DNA of 64,000 nt from Chitinophagaceae bacterium (GCA_049840855.1 JASGJF010000034.1:3520-67519), one strand, 5' to 3'. Counted from the stretch's first letter, positions 18,609-29,986 are shown. Program-made: numbers and translations. The notes: generated from the sequence alone by a model not told the origin.

Positions 18609-21434
18609 ATGCAAAAAACGCTTAAACTCACCATGCTTTTACTGTGCCTCTCCCTTTGGGCACAGGCACAAAAGACGGTCGTCTCGGGAAAGGTCATCGA
18701 TACCTTCAACAATGAGACGATACAATACGCAACCGTTACGGTGCTCAACGCCGCCGACTCGACACTGCTCGGATTCGGTCACTCAGACAAAGACGGTAAA
18801 TTCTCCTTTACCGCCGGTACTGCCCCTAAATTCCTTTTACTGATCACCGGTTACGGCTTTGCCGATTATACGGATGTTGTGAACTCCGGTAGCTCCGGAA
18901 CGCTTGATCTCGGTAATGTGATCCTGTTTACACGTGAGAAAGTTCTTTCCGAATTCGTTGTTATGCAGCGCCGCGGTTCCATTGTGATCAAAGGCGACAC
19001 CACAGAATATAATGCGGACAGCTTTAAAGTGGATGCCAATGCAAATGTGGAGGCTTTGCTGAAAAAGCTTCCGGGTCTGCAGGTAGATAAAAATGGCCAG
19101 ATCACCGCACAGGGCGAAAAAGTGCAGAAAATACTGGTGGACGGTGAAGAGTTCTTCAGCGACGATCCGGCTGTGGTGAACCGCAGTCTGCAGGCCAAAG
19201 CGATCGATAAAGTTCAGGTGTTTGATAAAAAGAGCGCCAATGCCGAGTTTACAGGTGTAGACGATGGTGAACGCACCAAGACGATCAACCTGCAACTGAA
19301 GGACAAATACAAAAAAGGTTCGTTCGGTAAAGTCGCGCTGGGCGGCGGAAGCAACGGCTTCTTCGAAAACCAGGCAATGTTCAACCTCTTCCGGGGCAAA
19401 CAGAAGTTCTCCGTTTATGGCATCGCTGCGAATACCGCGAAGATCGGACTGTCGCAGAACGACGCTTCCAAATACACTTCTTCCGGCTCTTCGATGCAGA
19501 TGAGTGATGACGGAGATATGTTCTTTATCGATAATAATAACAACGATGACGGAACATCGTGGGACGGACAATACAATGGTGAAGGTCTGCCGAAAGCATG
19601 GGAAGCCGGAGCGCATTATTCCAACAAATGGAATAATGATATCCAGCACGTGAATACGAATTACCGCTTCAATCGCCGCAATATCGAAACGCTGGACAAC
19701 ACTTTCACGCAATACAACCTGCAGGACTCATCCTATTATACAGACCAGCACTCCACATCCTTCTCGTCTATAGACAAGCATACGCTGAGCGGATTGTATG
19801 AATGGAAAACCGATTCGGCATCTATGCTGAAGTTCACGATGAACGGACGTAAATCGAATACCGTCAACAGAACCGGTAGTGAAACGAGATCCAAAGGTGT
19901 TTCCGGTGCACTCCTCAATACCTCCGACCGTACTTCGGATAACGACGGAACACGCGATAATGTGGATGTCAACCTTTCATGGCAGAAGCGCTTTAAAAAG
20001 AAAAGCCGCAGCATGTTCCTGCAGCTTACCTATAATAATTCAGGTACTAATAACGAAGGATACCTGCACGCAGCAAATACTTTTTACAGCGATGGTATAC
20101 AGGATAGCACCACTACGATCGATCAGCGCAAAAAGAATGAATCCAACACCAATACTTACGGAGCTATCGCCTCCTACACAGAGCCTATTTCGCAGAAAGC
20201 CGTGGTGGAAGTAAAATATAATTTCTCCAGCCAGGGTAACTATTCCCGTCAGCTTTCCTTCAATAAAGGTGCAGCAGGAGATTATCAGCAACTGGATTCG
20301 CTGTATAGTACCGACTATAATTTCGATGTGACAACGCACCGTCTCGGGACAACCTTCCGCTGGAATTATGAAAAGCTGAGCTTTTCTTTCGGGGCGGCAG
20401 CTTCCAATACGGAATTCCGCCAGTTTGATAACCTGTATAACAGGGAAATGAACCGTACATTCCACAACTTCTTCCCTTCTGCCAACCTGAATTATAAATT
20501 AAGTCGCCAGTCGAGTCTGCGCTTCCGCTACTCAGGGTACACACAACAGCCAACGGTAACGCAGATACAGCCGGTACGCCAGAATACAGACCCTCTGAAC
20601 ATTTCTGTCGGAAACCCGAATCTGAAGCAGGAATTCGACAACTCTATTTCTCTCGGATATAACAGTTATCGCGTATTGAGCGGCACTTATATCTATATGG
20701 GTGGAGGAATGAGCCTTGTGGACAATGACATCAGCCGTTCTGAAACAATCGCCGCTTCCGGTGTGCGTACTTACCAGTATGTGAATGTGGATGGTAATCG
20801 CAGCTCCTACCTGTATGCGGGCATTGGTACCAAGATCAAAGGAACGCAGATACAGCTCGGTGCAAATACGAATGTCAATGTAAGCCGTTACAATACGATC
20901 GTAAACGGTGCCGCAAATAAAAGTGACAACAACAGCTACACGGTAGGGTTGCGCGCGGCTTATGAGAAGGAAAAGCTGATCGATTTCAGCTTCAATCCTT
21001 CCGTTACATATAACTACAACCTGAGCAGCATTAATGCGCAGAACACGTCGTTCTGGTCGGCAGCACCGGAAGCAAGCGTACTGCTGTATCTGCCCAAAAA
21101 GTTTCAGATCAGCTCAGATGCCAGCTATAATATCCGTCAGCGTACGGCGACATTCGATCGTAACAACAACGTATTCCTGCTGAATGCATCGGTTTCCAAA
21201 AAGCTCCTGAAAGGTGATCAGCTTGAAGCGCGCTTCGCGGTTTACGACATCTTCAACCAGAATCTCGGATTCAACCGCTATGGGAACGGTAACACAGTAG
21301 TGCAGCAATCGTATAATACGATCAAGCGGTATGCATTGCTGTCGCTGGTATGGAATTTTACCTATACCCCCAAAGGGAATGCTGCCGACGGTGCGGCATC
21401 CCAGATCGAAGAAATCCAAATGAGCGGTAAATAA
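18609..21434 (+). CDS. Outer-membrane beta-barrel (TBDR-like, OMP_b-brl_3 type)
   Basis: KGDTTEYNADSF...LLKKLPG...ILVDGEEFF...INLQLK; QPTVTQIQP...GNPNLK. Confidence 0.88.
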   Translation: MQKTLKLTMLLLCLSLWAQAQKTVVSGKVIDTFNNETIQYATVTVLNAADSTLLGFGHSDKDGKFSFTAGTAPKFLLLITGYGFADYTDVVNSGSSGTLDLGNVILFTREKVLSEFVVMQRRGSIVIKGDTTEYNADSFKVDANANVEALLKKLPGLQVDKNGQITAQGEKVQKILVDGEEFFSDDPAVVNRSLQAKAIDKVQVFDKKSANAEFTGVDDGERTKTINLQLKDKYKKGSFGKVALGGGSNGFFENQAMFNLFRGKQKFSVYGIAANTAKIGLSQNDASKYTSSGSSMQMSDDGDMFFIDNNNNDDGTSWDGQYNGEGLPKAWEAGAHYSNKWNNDIQHVNTNYRFNRRNIETLDNTFTQYNLQDSSYYTDQHSTSFSSIDKHTLSGLYEWKTDSASMLKFTMNGRKSNTVNRTGSETRSKGVSGALLNTSDRTSDNDGTRDNVDVNLSWQKRFKKKSRSMFLQLTYNNSGTNNEGYLHAANTFYSDGIQDSTTTIDQRKKNESNTNTYGAIASYTEPISQKAVVEVKYNFSSQGNYSRQLSFNKGAAGDYQQLDSLYSTDYNFDVTTHRLGTTFRWNYEKLSFSFGAAASNTEFRQFDNLYNREMNRTFHNFFPSANLNYKLSRQSSLRFRYSGYTQQPTVTQIQPVRQNTDPLNISVGNPNLKQEFDNSISLGYNSYRVLSGTYIYMGGGMSLVDNDISRSETIAASGVRTYQYVNVDGNRSSYLYAGIGTKIKGTQIQLGANTNVNVSRYNTIVNGAANKSDNNSYTVGLRAAYEKEKLIDFSFNPSVTYNYNLSSINAQNTSFWSAAPEASVLLYLPKKFQISSDASYNIRQRTATFDRNNNVFLLNASVSKKLLKGDQLEARFAVYDIFNQNLGFNRYGNGNTVVQQSYNTIKRYALLSLVWNFTYTPKGNAADGAASQIEEIQMSGK

Positions 21435-21444
21435 ATCTAACACA

Positions 21445-22197
21445 ATGAAAGCATTTAAATATATCATAGCAGCATTTGCTGTAGCCTTGTCTTTATCTGC
21501 AGATGCCCAGGTGGTGTTGCAGGGACGTATCGAATACCAGCGTAAAATGAATATCCACCGTCAGTTTGACGATTTCGGCGATGGGGAAATGAACTCCTAC
21601 ATGGAAGCATTTATGGCAAAATTGCCCAAATTCGATACACGCAGTTTTAATTACCGTTTCACGACACAGCAAAGCCGTTACGAGCCGATAAAGCAGGAAG
21701 AAAATCCCGCTTTGTCTATGATGGGGGGGCTTCCCGGTACGGAGACCATTGTGTTCTCCGACTTTTCGCGGCATCAGTTCGTATCGCAAAAGAAGGTATT
21801 TGAACAGACCTTTCTGCTTGCCGACAGCCTGAAGCCGTTTAAATGGAAAGTGCTGGACGAAGTACGTACGATTGCAGGATATAGCTGCCGCAAAGCAAGC
21901 TGCCGTATTCACGACAGTGTTGTTGTGGTGGCATTTTATACAGATCAGATTCCCGTAAGCGGCGGGCCGGAAGCATTCAGCGGTCTCCCCGGGATGATCC
22001 TGGAGGTTGCCATCCCTCGTTTATACACTACCTGGATCGCCCAGTCAGTCGTGTTGGAGGCAGTAGGTCCCGATAAGCTGGGCGTTCCCGAAAAAGGAAA
22101 GAAGATTGCGATGAAAGATGCTGAAAGCACCATCCGGGAGAGTACGAAAAATTGGGGAAAATTTGCAGAGAAATATATCTGGTGGACCTGCCTCTGA
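21445..22197 (+). CDS. GLPGLI family protein
   Basis: WKVLDEVRTIAGYSCRKA...AFYTDQIPVSGGPEAFSGLPGMILE. Confidence 0.92.
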   Translation: MKAFKYIIAAFAVALSLSADAQVVLQGRIEYQRKMNIHRQFDDFGDGEMNSYMEAFMAKLPKFDTRSFNYRFTTQQSRYEPIKQEENPALSMMGGLPGTETIVFSDFSRHQFVSQKKVFEQTFLLADSLKPFKWKVLDEVRTIAGYSCRKASCRIHDSVVVVAFYTDQIPVSGGPEAFSGLPGMILEVAIPRLYTTWIAQSVVLEAVGPDKLGVPEKGKKIAMKDAESTIRESTKNWGKFAEKYIWWTCL

Positions 22198-22230
22198 CGT
22201 AATTTTGCAGTCTATCCGGCCTCATCCGTA

Positions 22231-23460
22231 ATGAAATCATTCAACGTACCCACGCACTACCGCAGTCCTATTGTAAGCGCCATCAAGGCAAAGCGCAAAG
22301 CGGCTGACAAGATGAAGAAAGACTTTGCTCCCACGATCCTGCAAATAGGGTCGCTGGAAGTGATCCTTGCCCGTCATTTCGGTTTTTGCTACGGGGTGGA
22401 GAATGCAATTGAAATTGCTTTTCGTGCCATAGACGAAAATCCGGGTAAGCGTATATTCCTGCTCAGCGAAATGATCCACAATCCGAACGTAAATGCAGAC
22501 CTGGTGGCGCGCGGCGTACGCTTCATTATGGATACTTCAGGCCGAATGCTGATGGATTGGAATGAGCTCAACAGTGATGATATCGTGATCATACCTGCTT
22601 TCGGTACGACGCTGGAGATGGAGGCTTTGCTGCGTGCAAAGGGTATTGAACCTACCACTTACGAAACTACATGCCCATTTGTTGAAAAGGTGTGGAACCG
22701 TGCCGAGAAGATCGGTAAAGACGGCTATACCATTGTGATACACGGCAAGCCGAAGCATGAGGAAACGCGTGCCACTTTCTCACACAGCAATGTGCATACA
22801 CCTACGGTAGTGGTGAAGGACATGAAAGAAGCGGAACTCCTCGCTGATTTTATCCGGAAGAAATTGCCGCGCGAAGAATTTTACACGCGCTTCAAAGGGC
22901 AGTATTCTGAGGGGTTTGACGTAGATACAGACCTCGAAAGGATAGGGGTGGTGAATCAGACAACAATGCTTGCGTCGGAGACACAGGGTATTGCGGATTT
23001 CCTGAAGCAGGTGATCGTCTCTCATTACAACGTAGCTTCCGGTAACGAACTCGAACGCTTTGCTGAAACGCGTGACACTTTGTGCTATGCCACCAACGAT
23101 AACCAGAGTGCCGTGCAGGGAATGCTCGAAGAACAGGCAGATCTCGCTTTGGTGATAGGCGGATACAATAGCTCTAATACTTCTCACCTGGTGGAGCTAT
23201 GCGAGCAGAAGTTGCCCACGTATTTTATCCGCGATGAATTCTGCCTGATCAGCGATAAGCTGATTAGTCATTACGACTGGCGTAATCACCTGGAGGAGAT
23301 GACTCCGGATTTCCTGGCCGCAAAAAATCCCTTGCGTGTAATGATCACTTCCGGGGCCTCGTGTCCCGATGCATTGGTGGAACGTATCATAAACAGGCTC
23401 GCCGAGCTTACGCACAACGAGCCTGCATTAGCAACATTACAATCCGCCTGGGAAGCCTAG
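22231..23460 (+). CDS. ispH: 4-hydroxy-3-methylbut-2-enyl diphosphate reductase
   Basis: FGFCYGV, IHN, AFG, TCPFV, NQTT, TLCYAT, NSSNT, TSGASCP. Confidence 0.97.
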   Translation: MKSFNVPTHYRSPIVSAIKAKRKAADKMKKDFAPTILQIGSLEVILARHFGFCYGVENAIEIAFRAIDENPGKRIFLLSEMIHNPNVNADLVARGVRFIMDTSGRMLMDWNELNSDDIVIIPAFGTTLEMEALLRAKGIEPTTYETTCPFVEKVWNRAEKIGKDGYTIVIHGKPKHEETRATFSHSNVHTPTVVVKDMKEAELLADFIRKKLPREEFYTRFKGQYSEGFDVDTDLERIGVVNQTTMLASETQGIADFLKQVIVSHYNVASGNELERFAETRDTLCYATNDNQSAVQGMLEEQADLALVIGGYNSSNTSHLVELCEQKLPTYFIRDEFCLISDKLISHYDWRNHLEEMTPDFLAAKNPLRVMITSGASCPDALVERIINRLAELTHNEPALATLQSAWEA

Positions 23461-23488
23461 GGTGTTGTAACGTTATGATTTGAAAGTG

Positions 23489-24385
23489 CTATTCCGTCAA
23501 CTCGTCTTTTTTAACCAGGATCACATAGTCGGCGAGTGCTTCACAGGCCGCGAAATCCGGTTTTTCGAAATCTCCTGACGGGAAGCAGCTGATGGTGCTT
23601 ACTTTAATGTCCTTGTCGAGGCGGTACAGCTGAGAAACTGTTCCGAGATATTCGTCGGAGTGGAAACGGCCGCAAACATGCATCACCATTCCTTCTTTCT
23701 TGTTCTTGTCAACGGTCGACTGTATGCTTTTCGCCATTGTGGCATCCCAAAGACACTGGGATGCGAACATGTTGGGACTATGAATATTTTCTTCTCCGCC
23801 CATAATGCCGATAAACTTCTTGAAATACCTGCCTTTTGAAGGTACATAAACAGGCAGCCTCGCGATCAGTTTTTTGGCGCCGGAGCTCAGGCTGTCCAGG
23901 CTTTTCGGTCCCCGCTGACTCATCAGGGAATTGTAACGGCGCGGACTGTTGGCTGCTGTGATGGGGATGTGCTGGTCTTTACAGAATTCCACCATCGGGC
24001 TGTAATCTTCATAATTCGACCAGGGACGTGAATCTTTCAGGAATTTTTCGCGCGATATAAATCCACCGAGGTAGTCTTCCAGCAGCACCTGGCAGTCCGT
24101 TTCAAACATTTCCAGCGACAAATGCAGGCTGCCTTCAAAACGCTCCCGGAGCATTTTCAACAATTTCAGTTCAAGAATATGACCGATCGTGTCATCATGC
24201 TCTTCACCCCAGATCACAACTTCCGAGCGTTTCAATTTATCCGCAAGTTCTGTCAGGGTAATATAATTACCGGTAGCAGTCTGGATTATTTTGAAGGGCG
24301 GTTGCGGCATTTCCGGCCTGTATTGTGCTTTCGCCGTGTTTATTCCAAACAGGAATGCGAGCAGAGCGACAGATAAGAATCTCAT
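23489..24385 (-). CDS. ChaN family (heme-uptake/TIKI-like) protein
   Basis: WGEEHDD, LSLEMFE, WSNYEDYSP, QCLWDATMA, HVCGRFHS. Confidence 0.85.
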   Translation of the reverse strand: MRFLSVALLAFLFGINTAKAQYRPEMPQPPFKIIQTATGNYITLTELADKLKRSEVVIWGEEHDDTIGHILELKLLKMLRERFEGSLHLSLEMFETDCQVLLEDYLGGFISREKFLKDSRPWSNYEDYSPMVEFCKDQHIPITAANSPRRYNSLMSQRGPKSLDSLSSGAKKLIARLPVYVPSKGRYFKKFIGIMGGEENIHSPNMFASQCLWDATMAKSIQSTVDKNKKEGMVMHVCGRFHSDEYLGTVSQLYRLDKDIKVSTISCFPSGDFEKPDFAACEALADYVILVKKDELTE

Positions 24386-24437
24386 AAACGAGCGTTGATT
24401 TGCCGCAAGATACTTGTCTTTATGTGAAAAAGAAAGA

Positions 24438-25867
24438 CTATTTGCCCCGGCCTTCCACGATCACGATCAACGTGTGCAGCATGATCTTTATGTCAAGCGC
24501 CAGGGAACAGTTCTCAATGTACAGGAGATCATACTCCATACGTTTTTTCATTTCATCGACGTTTTGTGCATAGCCGTATTTCACCATTCCCCAGGAGGTA
24601 AGGCCCGGCTTCACTTTGTGCAGGTAGCGATAGTGCGGATGCGTGGTGCAGATGATATCGATATAATATTTGCGTTCAGGTCGCGGACCAACAAGACTCA
24701 TGTCGCCGATCAATATATTGTAGAACTGCGGGATTTCGTCGATACGCCATTTACGCATCACGCGCCCCCAGTTGGTGATGCGCGGGTCGTTACGACGCGA
24801 AAGTGCTGGTCCGTGTTGCTCTGCGCTCATAAACATCGACCTGAATTTAATGATGCTGAACGTTTTGCCGTACAGCCCAATCCGTTCCTGCTTATAAAAA
24901 ATAGGACCCGGGGAAGAGAGTTTAACCTTGATTGCAGCAAACAGATATACCGGAGACAACAGTAATATCGCAATTGAAGAGGCCACGATATCAATCACGC
25001 GCTTGCATACGATCTGCCAGTCGGGCATAATGGAAGGCTCAATGTGTACCAGTATGGTATCATACACATTGTTCGTTTTACCGACCCGGAAATGATGTCG
25101 TATAGGTTGGGCAGCACTTTTACCACAACTGCCTTGTAGCTCAGGCGGGTCAGAATGTTTTCGAGCAAACTCCGTTCGGAGCTGTCTACGGCAACAATCA
25201 CCTCTTCGATTGCATATTCGTCTATGATGGATTCCAGTTGCGCAAGGTTTCCCAGTTGCGGCAGGTAATGACTCATACCGTTGCCGGTTTCTTTCTGGGA
25301 ATAAACAAATCCTTTAAAAATGTTTCCGAGGATCTTATCGTTGCCGGAGATCTGTTTATAAATCTGGATCGCCTGCTCATTACCGCCGACGATCATGGTA
25401 TTGAATCCTACGCGTCCGGAAATGATATTCTTCTTTACACGGAACAGGATGAACATCCTGGCTGCAAGCGTAAATGCTGTATGGATAAAGAAATAACGCC
25501 AGGTCATCGTAAAGAAATACGAAAAATTATCCGTGTCGTTACTCACCAGGGTAAATGCGAGCAGCAGGCTGCCGATAAAACAGGAAATAAAGGTGCGGTA
25601 GATCTCATCTATACGGGATTTCCGGTACAGATCGAAATAGGTACCGGAAAGATGGTACAGGAATAACCAGCCCAGTGGCAACAGCACAATCCCTTCGAGC
25701 AGATCGATCGGTTTCATCAATGTGATTGCTTCACTGAAACCGGTTTGCAGCAATGTTTTATGCCTGATTACCCAGAACAGCAGCCATGCAAGCGCCGATG
25801 TCAGGAAGTCTGACACCATCATTACGCGAATGGCTTTCTTTTTTACCGGAGACAGGTACGCAAACAT
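24438..25867 (-). CDS. Polyprenyl-phosphate sugar phosphotransferase (WcaJ/WbaP-type), frameshift near 25075
   Basis: N-terminal TM helices and CoA-binding-like domain; KRVIDI, QERIG, KFRSM, DPRIT, IDEIPQ, MSLVGPRPE, KPGLT. Confidence 0.92.
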
Positions 25868-26737
25868 CTATTTGTAAATCACTTTGAAATTGTCGAGTAC
25901 CACGTAGCCTTCGGTGTATTTACCATCGTCGTCGTCCAGGGAAACACGGATCTTCAGGTAGAAGCGGGAATACTGTGTATTGGCATTGGTGAAATTGGAA
26001 ACATTCACATACACTTTGTTAGTTTCGGATTTCGGATAGAATCCAACAGAATATGCTTCGTAGGAATTGTTGTTGGCGTCTTCGGCTCGGAATCCTATCT
26101 GGAATGGTACCGAACACTTGTATTCCAGTTCCAGCCAGCAGTCGCTCGTCGGCAGTTCAAAATAATTCGTTGATACGGATTCTGAATTCCTGTGGTTCTG
26201 ATCCACATAAATATATCCCGAATACTTTCCCTCAATTTTAAGATCGGGATTGGTGATCAGCTGAACGCCGGTATCTCCGCTGCTTGTTCTGAAGAGATTG
26301 CCTTCTTCAAAATTGATCATCTGACGGAAAGAGGAGCGGGTGAGCGAATGCAGGTAGCGCGTTTTGGGTGTAAAAGAGAAAGTCTGACCGGGTGCGTGTT
26401 TTACAGCAACGGAATCCAGTTCATAAAATGGGTATGCGATGACATAACTCTTAAGGCCCTGGTTGGTAACGGCGGGAATAATAAATATCTCCTCGTCTTT
26501 ACTCATGATCAGCGGCACTGTACAGGGAAGGTCAAATACTCCCACGGCAGAGTTATTAATGAATACTTTTGCCGCAGGAATGCTGTGGCTGGAGCTGCCG
26601 GTAAAGCTGGAGTCGGGATTGCTGTATTGAAACGGTTCAATATGCAGGAAAGTAGGTACAGGCTCTTTGGGGTTGATAATATTACATCCCCAGCAAAACA
26701 CAGCTATAAAAAATAATAAGTAGACGTTTTTCTTCAT
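25868..26737 (-). CDS. Hypothetical lipoprotein
   Basis: MKKNVYLLFFIAVFCWGC lipobox; tightly coupled between its neighbours. Confidence 0.8.
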   Translation of the reverse strand: MKKNVYLLFFIAVFCWGCNIINPKEPVPTFLHIEPFQYSNPDSSFTGSSSHSIPAAKVFINNSAVGVFDLPCTVPLIMSKDEEIFIIPAVTNQGLKSYVIAYPFYELDSVAVKHAPGQTFSFTPKTRYLHSLTRSSFRQMINFEEGNLFRTSSGDTGVQLITNPDLKIEGKYSGYIYVDQNHRNSESVSTNYFELPTSDCWLELEYKCSVPFQIGFRAEDANNNSYEAYSVGFYPKSETNKVYVNVSNFTNANTQYSRFYLKIRVSLDDDDGKYTEGYVVLDNFKVIYK

Positions 26738-26776
26738 TCCTGTCGGTTCGCTTCTTACACTTAACGTAAAAAGCAA

Positions 26777-27763
26777 TTATTCATTGTGTATCTGATTATG
26801 TAAACTCATTTTTTTTAAAATGAGGTGTGCTACTTCCATAGCCTGGTAGCCATCGAAAGCAGTGACCTTTACCGCTTTGTCGTGTATAACGGCGTCGGCA
26901 AATTCAGCCAGTTCCATGCGGATCGCGTTGATTTCCGGTACTGCGGGATTTTCCACCTGCAATATCTTTTTATCGCCATTGGGCATTTCCAGCGGAATAT
27001 CGAATGCATTGCTGTTGCCTGAGGAATCTGAAAGGCGGATGATCTCCGTTTTCTTATCCAGGAAATCCACGCTGATATAGGCATCCCGCTGGAACAGGCG
27101 CATTTTGCGCATGCGTTTCAGCGAAATACGGTTGCTTGTAAGATTGGCCACGCATCCGTTGTCAAACTCAATGCGCGCATTTGCAATATCGGGTGTTTCG
27201 CTCATTACGGCCACGCCGCTTGCCGAAATACGTTTTACGGGTGACTTTACGAGGTGAAGAATGATATCAATATCATGGATCATCAGGTCGAGTATTACCG
27301 AAACATCTGTTCCGCGCGGGTTGAAGGTGGCCAGCCGGTGCGATTCGATAAACATCGGTTGCAATGCGGTATGTTCCAAAGCCAGCAGGGCAGGATTGAA
27401 GCGCTCTACGTGTCCGACTTGGCATTTTACATTGGCTTCCTTCGCAAGTTTGATCAGTTCCTGCGCTTCCTCGAGTGTGCTGGTGAAAGGCTTTTCCACG
27501 AAAAGATGCTTCCCGGCAAGCAATGCTTTGCGGGCAATTTCGTGGTGGAAAATAGTCGGAGTAACGATATCGGCTGCTTCACACACTGCGAGCAGTGCGT
27601 CCGGACTCTCAAAGCGCCGGATCTGGTATTGCGCGGCTACGGCTGCAGCATTTGTATCGTCGGGGTCGAAAAAGCCCACTATGTGGACCTGCGGTATTTC
27701 CTTCCATTGCTGGATGTGAATTTTTCCGAGATGTCCTGCGCCGAAAATCCCTATGTTGAGCAT
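26777..27763 (-). CDS. Gfo/Idh/MocA family oxidoreductase
   Basis: GAGHLG, EKP, GHVERFNP, DLMIHDID. Confidence 0.94.
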   Translation of the reverse strand: MLNIGIFGAGHLGKIHIQQWKEIPQVHIVGFFDPDDTNAAAVAAQYQIRRFESPDALLAVCEAADIVTPTIFHHEIARKALLAGKHLFVEKPFTSTLEEAQELIKLAKEANVKCQVGHVERFNPALLALEHTALQPMFIESHRLATFNPRGTDVSVILDLMIHDIDIILHLVKSPVKRISASGVAVMSETPDIANARIEFDNGCVANLTSNRISLKRMRKMRLFQRDAYISVDFLDKKTEIIRLSDSSGNSNAFDIPLEMPNGDKKILQVENPAVPEINAIRMELAEFADAVIHDKAVKVTAFDGYQAMEVAHLILKKMSLHNQIHNE

Positions 27764-27864
27764 ACCTGTTTGCGTCGAAATTAAGCTGATGTTAAGCCTG
27801 CAAGATAATCATTTAGAGCGGAGTTTTTAAGCGACGCCGCAGGTCGCTCCAGAAATAAATATTA

Positions 27865-28575
27865 TTATAATAAGCCTTCGTTTGCGAATGAAACAGCCTG
27901 TTTGCCTGCAATGATAATGTGGTCGAGCAGCTCGATATCCATTGATCCGGCGGCGCTCTGTAATTTGTAGGTGAGCTTTTTATCGGCATCACTCACCTTT
28001 GGGTTGCCCGAAGGGTGGTTGTGTGCTACGATGATCCGGGATGATTTATAGAGCAATGCATTCTTGAGTATGACCCGTACATCTGCTATTGTGGCGGTAA
28101 GTCCGCCACGGCTGATAAATTCGTGCCGTATCAGCGCTCCGGAAATGTCCATATAAAGCACGCAGAATACTTCCTGACCCAGGTCTTGTAATAAAGGTTG
28201 CAGGATATCAATCGCATCCTGGTATCCCGTAATGATTTCGCGCGCGATTGCGGGCTCCATCTGCCGGCGTCTGCCGAGTTCGATCGCAGCGAGCAATGTG
28301 ATCGCTTTCGCGGGCCCTATGCCTTTGATCTGGGTCAGTTCTGTAATCGTAACTTTTCCAAGGCTTCCCAGTTTCCGGTCAACGAGTTTCAGGACATCCC
28401 TCGCAAGGTCCAGTGCATTCCTGACAGGAGTTCCGCTGCCGATAAGTATCGCAATTAATTCTGCATCGCTGAGGCTGTTTTCTCCTTTGCTGACCAGCTT
28501 TTCCCTGGGGCGGTCGTCTTCCGACCATGATTTGATTCCGCTCTTCTTAAATGCTTCTTTCTTCCTGCGTGGCAT
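27865..28575 (-). CDS. radC: RadC family JAB-domain protein
   Basis: RPREKL...LSDAELIAIL, HhH GIGPAKA, HNHPSG...SDAD, LLDHIII. Confidence 0.95.
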   Translation of the reverse strand: MPRRKKEAFKKSGIKSWSEDDRPREKLVSKGENSLSDAELIAILIGSGTPVRNALDLARDVLKLVDRKLGSLGKVTITELTQIKGIGPAKAITLLAAIELGRRRQMEPAIAREIITGYQDAIDILQPLLQDLGQEVFCVLYMDISGALIRHEFISRGGLTATIADVRVILKNALLYKSSRIIVAHNHPSGNPKVSDADKKLTYKLQSAAGSMDIELLDHIIIAGKQAVSFANEGLL

Positions 28576-28582
28576 TCTTTCC

Positions 28583-29986
28583 CTATGCAAATATCTTGCC
28601 AGGGTTCAATATTCCCTTCGGATCAAATGCTTTTTTTATGGCCTCCATTAAAGCCAATTGAGTTGCATTGAATACGATGGATAAATAGGTTTTTTGCACG
28701 TATCCGATCCCATGTTCCCCGGAAATAGTTCCGCCCATCTGATGTACTTTTTCGAATAGTTCGCGTATGCCTTCCGGCAGTTTATGTTGCCAGTCGTGAT
28801 CGCTCATATCGCCTTTTACAATATTTACATGAAGATTGCCATCGCCGGCATGACCGTAGCATACGGATCTGAATCCATATTTTTTCCCGGTTTCCTTTAC
28901 ATGCTGTAATAGCTCCGGAAGGCATGCTCTGGGTACCACTGTGTCTTCTTCTTTATAGATGGAATTGCCTTTCACTGCTTCACCGACAATGCGTCTCAGC
29001 TTCCACAATTGCTGTTTTTGTGCGGCTGTATCGGCAAAAAGTACCGGGTCTGTGGCGTATTTTTCTGCAATGGCAGTTATCTGTTCTGCCTCTGCAATAA
29101 GCTGTTCCGGATGGTTGCCGTCCACTTCAACAAGCAGGTGCGCCTGTACATGGTCGGGTAGTGGAACGGAACTGTCCCCGAAATAATGCACGGCACATTC
29201 CAGCGCATCACGCTCCATAAATTCGAGTGCTGATGGGGTGATACCTGCAAGAAAAATGTCATTTACGGCGCGGCATGCTTCTGATGCATCGTGAAACGGG
29301 ATCAGCAGCAACAGGTCATGCCTGTTCGCTGGTATAAGCCGCAGCACGATTTTTGTAACAATACATAAAGTGCCCTCGCTTCCTACCACCAGTTGTGTAA
29401 GATTATAGCCTGTGGCATTTTTCAGCACATTTGCGCCGGTCCACATCACGGATCCGTCTGCAAGCACCACTTCGAGATTCAAAACGAAATCCTTGACCAC
29501 GCCATACTTTACGGCTCGGGGTCCTCCCGAGTTTTCAGCTATATTTCCGCCTATGAAACAAGAGCCTTTACTGGCAGGGTCGGGCGGGTAATACAGTCCC
29601 TTTTCCTTTACGGCATTTTGTAATACTTCGGTAATGACGCCGGGTTCGGTGGTTACCTGAAAGTTTTGCGTATCGATATTCAGGATGCGGTTCATACGTT
29701 TCATATCGAGGGAAACACCGCCCGCAACGGGTAATGCACCGCCGCTGAGTCCTGTTCCGGCTCCCCTCGCTGTGACGGGAATGGTATGTTGGTTGCAATA
29801 AGCAAGCACTGCGCTCACTTCAGCTGTTGACTGAGGTCGAAGCACCACTTCCGGGTAAAACACTAAATCTTCTGTATGGTCGGATGCACATTGCTCCAGG
29901 TCGGGCGCTGCCACAGACATGCCTTCCGCGCCCAGCAGCGACCTGAATTGCAACAGGTCATTTTCGTCGATCTTTTTATAAGGCAC
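28583..29986 (-). CDS. FAD-linked oxidase (GlcD/D-lactate dehydrogenase family)
   Basis: RGAGTGLSGGA, PPDPAS, GGPRAVKYG, GHAGDGNLH, SGEHGIG, LNPGK; GTG start assumed. Confidence 0.93.
   Translation of the reverse strand: MPYKKIDENDLLQFRSLLGAEGMSVAAPDLEQCASDHTEDLVFYPEVVLRPQSTAEVSAVLAYCNQHTIPVTARGAGTGLSGGALPVAGGVSLDMKRMNRILNIDTQNFQVTTEPGVITEVLQNAVKEKGLYYPPDPASKGSCFIGGNIAENSGGPRAVKYGVVKDFVLNLEVVLADGSVMWTGANVLKNATGYNLTQLVVGSEGTLCIVTKIVLRLIPANRHDLLLLIPFHDASEACRAVNDIFLAGITPSALEFMERDALECAVHYFGDSSVPLPDHVQAHLLVEVDGNHPEQLIAEAEQITAIAEKYATDPVLFADTAAQKQQLWKLRRIVGEAVKGNSIYKEEDTVVPRACLPELLQHVKETGKKYGFRSVCYGHAGDGNLHVNIVKGDMSDHDWQHKLPEGIRELFEKVHQMGGTISGEHGIGYVQKTYLSIVFNATQLALMEAIKKAFDPKGILNPGKIFA

Noticed and set aside
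27865-28575. RadC as a marker of a mobile element or anti-defence locus
   Set aside because: Full-length HhH+JAB chromosomal type among housekeeping genes; no integrase or direct repeats.
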